DNA of 64,000 bases from Candidatus Levyibacteriota bacterium (GTDB lineage: Bacteria; Patescibacteriota; Microgenomatia; Levybacterales; UBA12049). The notes beneath the pieces were generated by a model that was not told where the DNA came from, made no database searches, and saw nothing but the letters and a program-made list of their open reading frames with translations. The stretch is from the NCBI GenBank assembly GCA_963790825.1, contig CAWBPM010000002.1:231159-295158 (forward strand), given 5' to 3'. Positions 56,494 through 64,000 of this stretch are shown here, piece by piece (within the stretch, counting starts at the first letter, position 1; every line of letters starts with the position of its first letter). A program made the position numbers and the translations under genes.

Positions 56494-58026
56494 ATGGGTA
56501 AAGAATATACAAACCCCGATTACATAAACATTGCCAGAGAAGAATTTCGTGGCATTGCTGCATTAGTACCTGGCATAATGCAACAGGAGGATCCCAGGAG
56601 ATGGTACCGGGACATGCGAACGAGAGTGCATGCGGTAAAACGCGGCCTTAATGCATTACCTGAAGAGTCAAGTTCATTTTTACGACCAATAGTAGAAAAG
56701 GTCTACGGGTCTCTTCGGGAAGAATCCAGGTCCTGGAGAGAAATATATGGGCCCATTGATTTGCAGTCAATTCCCCCGGAAGAATTACCTGCCTTAAATG
56801 AAGAGATTGGCCTTCGCGCCGATATGTTTTTAATGGGAGTTTCCCGGGAAATGGCCGCAAATTTTGAATCCTCTCTGAAACCAGTGAAGGAAACAATTAT
56901 ACCCCTTGAAGAATTACTTGCCTCTCACCCTGACCAGTTACGTTCGTATCAGGAACAAAGAGGTAGTATGTCATTTACAATGTTTGGGATTAAACATCCA
57001 TATTCCGGCGAGTGGCATGATTTCATTCTTCCCTTTACTCCTTCAGTTTTACATAAAGGCGGAGCCGTGAGAGCAGCCCTGGACGTTTTTGCAGATGCCA
57101 GGCCTTCAATGGTTGCAAGCGAATTACCGTTTAACGATTTTGATGCGGTATTTGTGGGAGATGAACAACAAGCGCGTCATGAAGCAACTCTCATGGGCGT
57201 TGATCCTGATGGAGCAGAAAGCGCGGGAGAATCATTTGACTTCACAAAATTTTGTAATGGACGTGACACAACACAAAACCAAATATGCTTAGGCAGAGAC
57301 GGATTGCATTTTTCAGACGCTGCTTATAGCTCAGCGAAAACAGGACATACGGAAATTGTCGGGCTGTACATAGCAAATAAAGCAATATATGGAATTGATC
57401 AATTGTATAATCATGGGATTCCTTTAGTAAAACCACGGGGATTAATGCGTCTCGTCAAAGCAGTTGCAGAAGGAAAAGCAATAACGTTCGGTCATAGGGA
57501 CCTTAATAAGTATCAGGATATCGGACTCTATTCGATCTTTTTAGCAAAAAAATGGCAGAAAAGAGAAGATTTCGGAATACTATTGCAAAATGAATTTGAA
57601 CTGCTTAAGCAAATGGGGCAAGTCAGAGAGGGAGAGAAGGATATTTACGATATGCTGACTCGTGCACATCACGAATATCCTTTTTTTGACATCGATAGTT
57701 ATATAAAAGATATCTGTGATGTGGCAAGATGGAAGTCCAGGAAATTTGCAAGGCAACTCGATAGAGAATGGGGTTGGTTTAACAGTGTCCCCTCAGGAGT
57801 TGAATACCCGAGACACCCCGGCGATACGGACGCCCGTATAATAACCCTTAATGGATTTACGTCGTCGCCTGCTGAAGCTGATAAATTTGTAAAAAGGTGG
57901 CCAAGTTTTGTAAACGATTGTCGGATCAGGACAAAAAAATATAACGGCTTAGGAGTCAGTATTCAGGACCGATTATTCTACACGCAGGAAGTAGATATAC
58001 TTCCGGATGAAGAAATTGAATTGTAG
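56494..58026 (+). CDS. Divergent class II (CCA/poly(A) polymerase-like) nucleotidyltransferase
   Basis: KGGAVRAALD...NDFDAVF (GGAVR..DxD), GRDTTQNQI (RRDFTIN-like), PRGLMRLVK. Confidence 0.55.
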   Translation: MGKEYTNPDYINIAREEFRGIAALVPGIMQQEDPRRWYRDMRTRVHAVKRGLNALPEESSSFLRPIVEKVYGSLREESRSWREIYGPIDLQSIPPEELPALNEEIGLRADMFLMGVSREMAANFESSLKPVKETIIPLEELLASHPDQLRSYQEQRGSMSFTMFGIKHPYSGEWHDFILPFTPSVLHKGGAVRAALDVFADARPSMVASELPFNDFDAVFVGDEQQARHEATLMGVDPDGAESAGESFDFTKFCNGRDTTQNQICLGRDGLHFSDAAYSSAKTGHTEIVGLYIANKAIYGIDQLYNHGIPLVKPRGLMRLVKAVAEGKAITFGHRDLNKYQDIGLYSIFLAKKWQKREDFGILLQNEFELLKQMGQVREGEKDIYDMLTRAHHEYPFFDIDSYIKDICDVARWKSRKFARQLDREWGWFNSVPSGVEYPRHPGDTDARIITLNGFTSSPAEADKFVKRWPSFVNDCRIRTKKYNGLGVSIQDRLFYTQEVDILPDEEIEL

Positions 58027-58042
58027 TATTTTAATTTTTCGG

Positions 58043-58115
58043 GGTGGAAGACGGGTGCTGCCCCCGCGACCTCCAGGTCCACAACCTGGCGTTCTACTGT
58101 TGAACTACATCCACC
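58043..58115 (-). tRNA. tRNA-His(GTG) with an atypical T-loop
   Basis: Encoded G-1:C73, anticodon arm CCAGG-TTGTGGA-CCTGG, T-arm GCGGG-GGCAGCA-CCCGT. Confidence 0.85.
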
Positions 58116-58212
58116 GTATATGATTAGTATAGCATACAAAGTGTGCCTAAACAAACCTCAACTATACTTATAATTGACAATAAGTAGAAATAATCATATA
58201 GTGATTTTGTTT

Positions 58213-58827
58213 ATGTCAGCTAAGATTGAAAGGGAACAAAGTAAGACAGATATTGCCGGTATTCAGGCTGATAGACCGCGTATTATTGAACTGGAAAACG
58301 AAGCAGTATCTCTTCTTGAAAATCAAGATTCAAAGACCTCACTACTTAGTAAATTTTTTCAGTTTAATGATATCATGATTGATTTACTAGGGGAAATAGA
58401 TAGTCCGGACAAATCTGATAATAGTAAAAGACTGTCAAAAATATTTCATGTTAAAAAAGGCAAGCATAAAGACTGGAAGGTTTCATTCGGCGTGGGAAAT
58501 AGCTCAACATGGGTTCAAATTAGAACCGGCGACATTATACAAAAAATCAGTTATTCTCAAAAAAGAGAAGCGCTAATAAAGAAAAAAAAGCTACCTGCGA
58601 AGGATAAATCGTTACATGTTAAATATGCGAATCTTTCCCATAAATCTGACTTTTCTTTTGTATCGTTTGTAACAGGCGAAACCAGTCGCTTAAATCCGAA
58701 TCAAACTATTTATGAGGATTTGTCTTTGGAGCAATTATTGTCGATTTGCACGAGAGTATATCATATGTATGATCCTGCTTGGCGTGATAAGCCAAAACCG
58801 TCTCTGTATCCTGCTAATTATCCCTGA
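58213..58827 (+). CDS. Hypothetical protein
   Basis: About 204-aa ORF starting MSAKIERE; TTGACA upstream. Confidence 0.55.
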   Translation: MSAKIEREQSKTDIAGIQADRPRIIELENEAVSLLENQDSKTSLLSKFFQFNDIMIDLLGEIDSPDKSDNSKRLSKIFHVKKGKHKDWKVSFGVGNSSTWVQIRTGDIIQKISYSQKREALIKKKKLPAKDKSLHVKYANLSHKSDFSFVSFVTGETSRLNPNQTIYEDLSLEQLLSICTRVYHMYDPAWRDKPKPSLYPANYP

Positions 58828-59055
58828 AAGTTAAATAATAAGTGGGTTTTTACGCTTTTTTTGATTAAGAGATAATCGATAGCTTGTAGTAAGTGTAGAA
58901 AACGCAGAAAGAAAAGAATAATAAGGAACAAAATAATTTTCTTCTGAGGTCTACGCCAATATTTTAAGTTCTGTGGCAAACACATATCATAAATGCCGGG
59001 ACATTAAAAGAAACAGGTTTTAAACAGTGGCTTATAATTATCCAATACACAATTT

Positions 59056-59322
59056 TTAACCTCGCAGTTTTCTTATGCCGTCCACGCAAGCTGCGCTGAA
59101 AAATACTGTAAGAACACTAAGTGTTACCTGAGGAGAAATTCCCGCGTCTTGTGCTACTTGGAGCATCCTTCCCATACTCAACGGAAAACTGGCTGTGCGT
59201 TCAATAATATTTTGTGGACTATAAGCTGCAACAGCTGATACCGCCGCACCGGCAAACCCGAGCCCGGCTTCCACTCTGGCAGCAATAATTTTCCTGTTAT
59301 TACGGGGTTCTCCTTCCTGCAT
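59056..59322 (-). CDS. Small hypothetical membrane protein
   Basis: Two hydrophobic segments; TAAAAT 7 nt before the ATG. Confidence 0.5.
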   Translation of the reverse strand: MQEGEPRNNRKIIAARVEAGLGFAGAAVSAVAAYSPQNIIERTASFPLSMGRMLQVAQDAGISPQVTLSVLTVFFSAACVDGIRKLRG

Positions 59323-59511
59323 ACCAACGATTTTACAATCCGATTATGTGATTATTGTAATAAAATGCAAAAAAATCCGCAGAGTGAAAAAAACGTGATT
59401 TCTACTCCTTTTAAATAATATATCAAAATATCTTCTAAGAACTTACTGAATAATTACAACATTATTACATTTAATCTGTTTATATTTGAAATACTAGTCA
59501 ATAATGCAAAA

Positions 59512-60519
59512 ATGAAATTATATAAAAAGTTTTCATTATATATTGTAATATTATTACTAATAATTTTTAGCGCTTTTGGACTGCTTCTTATAGCCCATTC
59601 AAGCCAAGCTATTAAAAACACTAATTCTGCTAGTTTGGAAATTTTTACACAACAGGTTTGGATACAAACAGGCAATAGTAAAGTTCAGGCCAAAAATGGT
59701 GACAGCGTAAATATAGGTGAAAGTGTAATAACAGGTTCAACTGGCAGAGCACAATTACTCTATTCCAATCATAGCGTGACTCGTATCAATGTAAATTCTG
59801 AGTTTGTACTGAGCAGGAACGATACAAATCCTGTCCAGATAGAAATTGATCTTATAAAAGGCAGTATCTGGTCCCGTGTTGCCAAGCTTTTAGGCAAAGA
59901 CGTTTACCAAACAAAAACCGCTACGGTAATCGCAACAGTTCGCGGTACTTCTTATGAGTTAGGTATTATGCCTGATGGCAATGATGAAGTAATTACTGCA
60001 AAACACACTGTAAATGTAACATGTGTAAACGCTACGCAAAAAGGTAATGTGCAAACGAATAATAAATTTATACTTAATTGTAAAAACGACTCACTCTTTC
60101 AAATACAGCCATTAACTCAGCAGGATATTACAGATCCATGGTATTTGTTTAACATACAACAAGACAAATTACTCGATGCACGTTTTGGCGCAGGGACATA
60201 TAATGATGAAGATCAGCCGTTAACGCCGACTTTGACCCCGATTATATCGGGGTCAACACCCGAAGTAACCCCAATTCCAAGTTTAACTCCAACAACTCAA
60301 CCAACAATTTACTCGGAAAGTCCAACAACTACTCCTTCGTCCACCCCGACTCCTAATTCCTCAAATACGCCAACACCGACTACTAATTCTTCTCAGAGTG
60401 TGACACCGACCCCGACAATAATACCTACGCCAACACCGACATTGATACATACTCCTACAATTACACCTATGCCATCACCGACATTGACACCGACCCCGAC
60501 ACAAATATATCTTTACTAA
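59512..60519 (+). CDS. FecR-domain protein with a long Pro/Thr-rich tail
   Basis: TM helix, G..V.TG..GRAQL.....S..RI..NSE, L.KGSIW..V.KL, T....ATVRGT. Confidence 0.8.
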   Translation: MKLYKKFSLYIVILLLIIFSAFGLLLIAHSSQAIKNTNSASLEIFTQQVWIQTGNSKVQAKNGDSVNIGESVITGSTGRAQLLYSNHSVTRINVNSEFVLSRNDTNPVQIEIDLIKGSIWSRVAKLLGKDVYQTKTATVIATVRGTSYELGIMPDGNDEVITAKHTVNVTCVNATQKGNVQTNNKFILNCKNDSLFQIQPLTQQDITDPWYLFNIQQDKLLDARFGAGTYNDEDQPLTPTLTPIISGSTPEVTPIPSLTPTTQPTIYSESPTTTPSSTPTPNSSNTPTPTTNSSQSVTPTPTIIPTPTPTLIHTPTITPMPSPTLTPTPTQIYLY

Positions 60520-60522
60520 TAA

Positions 60523-62499
60523 ATGAAACAAAAATTTATATATAGCCTAATTGTTTCTTTTATTACTACATGTTTCTTCAGTCTGCTATTTTTAAATGGT
60601 TTTTTTATCTCCTGGCAAAATAAACTTGCTGATACATTATTTTTAGCACAAAAATCTTTTACTAATATTGTACTTATTACTATTGATAACAAATCCATTC
60701 AATCAATCGGCCGTTTTCCCTGGAACAGATCTGTTTACGCCAGGCTGCTTGCGGTTTTGGGCAGCAAACCGGCTGCAATTGGTATTGATATCGCATTTCC
60801 GGAAAAAAGTACGGGTAGGGAAGATACTCTCTTTGCCAGTGAGCTCACTAAACATGCAAACGTCGTGCTGCCTATAGAAATGAATAACCCAATTATTAAA
60901 GATTCGTTTATTGATGCTGATTCGCTGCAGCTTCCCATACAACAATTACAAGACGTAGCTAAACTTGGTGTCGTGAATACCATACCGGATGATGATGGTA
61001 TTACCAGAGAAACACCCATGAATATTCGGGTGCATGGAAAGCGATATGCGAATTTTTCTCTGTCTCTTCTACAAATTTATTACAAAAATGATACAACTAA
61101 GTTAAAACAACTTTCTCAAATTCCACTCAACCGGGGACTGATGAGAATAAATTTCGCCAGTACTCAGAATACATTTGATAAGTATTCTTTTATAGATATA
61201 ATCAGAGGTAAAATTTCAGCCAATGTATTCACTAATAAAATTGTATTAATCGGAGCAACCGCTCCGGATTTACATGATACCCAGTTAACGCCAATCTCAA
61301 ATGGGACTCCGATGAGCGGTGTTGAAATACATGCAAATACCTTGCAAACCATTGAGAGTCAAAGATTTTTACAAAGCGAAACTCCTATCACAACCATCAG
61401 TACCATACTCTTCCTGTCGGCGTGTTTACTGTTTATTTTCACATTTTTTAGCCTGATGCCGGCTACAGGACTGAGTATACTTTTTTTTGTTATATTCATT
61501 ATCTATATCTTTTTTTCCTTTGACCATGGAACTATTCGGAATATTGTTTACCCAATACTTAGCATACTAGTAACCTATATCCTGCAATTAATCTATAACT
61601 ACTTTATTGAAAATAGGAACAGACGTTATCTAAGACGTGCATTTTCCTATTATGTTTCTGAGACCGTATTGGAAGAAATTTTAAGTACACCTGCCAAACT
61701 CACCTTGGGAGGAGCTAAGAAAAACATTTCAGTACTTTTTTCCGATATCGCCGGATTTACGACTATTGCCGAAGAACTAAAACCTGAGGCACTGACAAAA
61801 CTATTAAATGAATATCTAACAGAAATGACAAAAATCGTTTTTAAAAATAGGGGAGTACTCGATAAATATATCGGGGATGCGGTGATGGCATTTTGGGGCG
61901 CACCAATTTATGAAAAAGAACACGCATATTTGGCATGCAAAACAGCTCTTGAGATGCAGGAAGCGATAAAGGAATTACAAAAAGATTGGCCAACAAATAA
62001 AAATGCCGTGAGGTTTCAGGTAAGAATTGGTATCAATACCGGTGATATGGTTGTGGGAAATATGGGTTCCGAGACTCGATTTGATTATACTCTCATCGGT
62101 GATAATGTGAACTTAGGTTCTCGCCTCGAGGGAATTAATAAAATTTACGGAACAAGTATTATTATCAGCGAAACGACATATAAGCAACTGGAGCAAAAAG
62201 TAATTGTCAGATTCCTCGATACAGTCATAGTGAAAGGCAAAAGTAAAGGTATGGGTATTTATGAGTTGCGGGGTCTTGGAACGCCGGACGATAAAGAAGC
62301 CGAATTTTTACACGAATTTGAAATTTCAAGAAAACTCTATGAAAAAGGAGAATTTAAAAAAGCACTTCCGGGATTCCAAGCAGTTCAGAAATACAATGTA
62401 AACGACACCGTCACGAATTTATATATTATTCGCTGTAGTGAACTTATAAAAAATCCTGCTAAGATCTGGGACGGCATTTATCAGGCAACAAGTAAATGA
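60523..62499 (+). CDS. CHASE2-domain class III adenylate cyclase
   Basis: GRFPW.R, D.DG..R, VLIGAT, GVEIHA; FSDIAGFT, DKYIGDAVMA, GDNVNLGSRLEG. Confidence 0.93.
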   Translation: MKQKFIYSLIVSFITTCFFSLLFLNGFFISWQNKLADTLFLAQKSFTNIVLITIDNKSIQSIGRFPWNRSVYARLLAVLGSKPAAIGIDIAFPEKSTGREDTLFASELTKHANVVLPIEMNNPIIKDSFIDADSLQLPIQQLQDVAKLGVVNTIPDDDGITRETPMNIRVHGKRYANFSLSLLQIYYKNDTTKLKQLSQIPLNRGLMRINFASTQNTFDKYSFIDIIRGKISANVFTNKIVLIGATAPDLHDTQLTPISNGTPMSGVEIHANTLQTIESQRFLQSETPITTISTILFLSACLLFIFTFFSLMPATGLSILFFVIFIIYIFFSFDHGTIRNIVYPILSILVTYILQLIYNYFIENRNRRYLRRAFSYYVSETVLEEILSTPAKLTLGGAKKNISVLFSDIAGFTTIAEELKPEALTKLLNEYLTEMTKIVFKNRGVLDKYIGDAVMAFWGAPIYEKEHAYLACKTALEMQEAIKELQKDWPTNKNAVRFQVRIGINTGDMVVGNMGSETRFDYTLIGDNVNLGSRLEGINKIYGTSIIISETTYKQLEQKVIVRFLDTVIVKGKSKGMGIYELRGLGTPDDKEAEFLHEFEISRKLYEKGEFKKALPGFQAVQKYNVNDTVTNLYIIRCSELIKNPAKIWDGIYQATSK

Positions 62500-62659
62500 A
62501 TTCAGAAATCAAGATTTGTGCTTGAAGATTATACCATATAACGCAAATTTACCTGTTTGTAGGAATAATATTGTTAATAATGCGGTTCTATCCCCTTCAG
62601 TGTCTCATAAAAACCTGAGGCTTTCACTAATTTAATACCTGCCTTTTTTTATTTTCTTC

Positions 62660-64000
62660 TTAATGCAACTTGCTTCTAATATTTCTTGTGTGTTCTATAA
62701 GTTTGTCAACTGAAAAATGATCTGTATCAGGTGTATATATTTTAGGAGTTTTCTCTGTATCTAAATATATATCTACATCGCCCATATGGCCTAATAATCG
62801 AGACACGCCAAGCTCATTTGCTTGAGGCACAAGGGCTCGCAAGTTGTCTGCCACTTTTTTTCTTAGGGTAAGTACCTTATCTAAATGTTTATGCGAATCT
62901 TCACTCATTTCTTTTACTATATCTCCTACTACTGCATAATCAGGATTCTTGCCCCATTTTTCCAGGAAAGCCATATTTTTTCTGGAATTTTCCAAGAATC
63001 TACGCGTAACTATATCCTCATTAAATATATGCTGTGCAGCAACTACTAATTCTCCGATTGCCTTTATTCTTTCAGGATCACAGGCCGCAAATGACTTAGG
63101 ATTTTCAGAAAGATATACGGAATATTCGCTAAAGTAGGATGAGGAAAACGAACTATTAGTATGGTTCTCAATTGCGAAGTTAAGTTCGGTATTCAAACTA
63201 ATTCCCTTTTGTTCGCTGCGAGGCCTTTCATAATATTTAAAAGAACGGCGAAGTTTCTCATTATCGTAATCATAATAACCATATTTAATCTCCTCATACC
63301 TTTCATGTTGTGGAACAGTTATGGATCGAAGCATAGCCGGCCCATATCCAGTGCCCTTTACCCAATTAATAGCATCAATTATTCGTTGCTCTTGAGGAGA
63401 AAAGGCAGGCGGATATCCAAAATCTGTTTTGAACTCAGTACTAAGTGATTCAAGCAGCAATGCCCGTTCAATTTCTGGTAAATTTTCTATTGCAGCAACG
63501 AGTTCTTTCTGATCCCACCGATTACTACGTATTAATTTACCGATATTAAACCGGGAAGCAGCATTAATCTCCTGCACTTCCAAATCTCCCTGTTCTCCTT
63601 GATGTATTATGTGTCCCAAAATAATCCCGTTTCTTAACAGAGCAGTTAGCGCATCTATTGTCCCAACCCCTCCCCCGCTGCTCCATAAATTTTTCTCCAA
63701 GTCACGTTTTGAAACGCCATGCGTAGTTAGTTGTTTATTTGCTTGATTTATAAATTCGTCTATCTCTCCATCTTCCAAGTCCAAGCCGGTAGTAATCCTT
63801 TGTAAGTGTTGCTGCAAAGACTCTGCAGATGTATCGATTGCATCTCTTGACGAACCAAGCTCTCCGTTTGATGCCGAATAAACTGCAGCTTCCTGAGCAG
63901 GATTTAAAGCTTTACTTTCAGCTCCTTGTTTCTGCGTTGGCTTCACCAACTCTTCTGCACCGTTTATAAAGTTAATATCTGCATCCAGTTCATATGTGGA
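62660..64000 (-). CDS. Large hypothetical protein, 5' end outside the window
   Basis: The frame stays open from 63949 to the window edge. Confidence 0.65.
   Translation of the reverse strand, partial: STYELDADINFINGAEELVKPTQKQGAESKALNPAQEAAVYSASNGELGSSRDAIDTSAESLQQHLQRITTGLDLEDGEIDEFINQANKQLTTHGVSKRDLEKNLWSSGGGVGTIDALTALLRNGIILGHIIHQGEQGDLEVQEINAASRFNIGKLIRSNRWDQKELVAAIENLPEIERALLLESLSTEFKTDFGYPPAFSPQEQRIIDAINWVKGTGYGPAMLRSITVPQHERYEEIKYGYYDYDNEKLRRSFKYYERPRSEQKGISLNTELNFAIENHTNSSFSSSYFSEYSVYLSENPKSFAACDPERIKAIGELVVAAQHIFNEDIVTRRFLENSRKNMAFLEKWGKNPDYAVVGDIVKEMSEDSHKHLDKVLTLRKKVADNLRALVPQANELGVSRLLGHMGDVDIYLDTEKTPKIYTPDTDHFSVDKLIEHTRNIRSKLH

Noticed and set aside
60220-60500. Repetitive ACACCGAC-type sequence
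   Set aside because: Simply encodes the Pro/Thr-rich tail of the FecR protein
1-64000. CRISPR array, prophage, rRNA, intact integrase
   Set aside because: No regularly spaced repeat-spacer units, phage structural genes, rRNA signatures or full recombinase ORFs were seen

Overview
A 64-kb, AT-rich bacterial chromosome segment. It most resembles a Candidate Phyla Radiation (Patescibacteria, Microgenomates-like) genome. That assignment is an inference from the gene style: near-leaderless starts, a stand-alone PolA polymerase domain, TM-anchored dockerin proteins and many orphan ORFs. Main contents from left to right: (1) a SipW-type/TasA-like gene with a long structured, terminator-containing leader; (2) a toxin-antitoxin island (two AbiEi-like/AbiEii pairs and MntA/HepT) punctuated by three families of interspersed repeats, one with compensatory base changes; (3) a GT2, GT-C::GH8, GH5 polysaccharide operon with two frameshifts, followed by a ~360-bp palindrome-dense non-coding block; (4) DsbA/DsbB, a histidine kinase, glycosyltransferases and tRNA-Lys; (5) three tandem surface glycoside-hydrolase-like genes with unrelated catalytic domains but a nearly identical 624-bp C-terminal linker/Ig-like/dockerin module; (6) a second TA cassette stack at the 3' end of tRNA-Arg(TCG), separated by degenerate tRNA-end/att scars, next to an IS481-like element; (7) housekeeping and envelope genes (MacAB-type ABC, SPFH, dinB, purH, polA fragment, fabZ); (8) a divergent CCA-adding-like nucleotidyltransferase beside an atypical tRNA-His, and a FecR plus CHASE2-adenylate cyclase pair. 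No CRISPR array, rRNA or prophage was seen. All calls come from motif recognition by eye; no searches were run.
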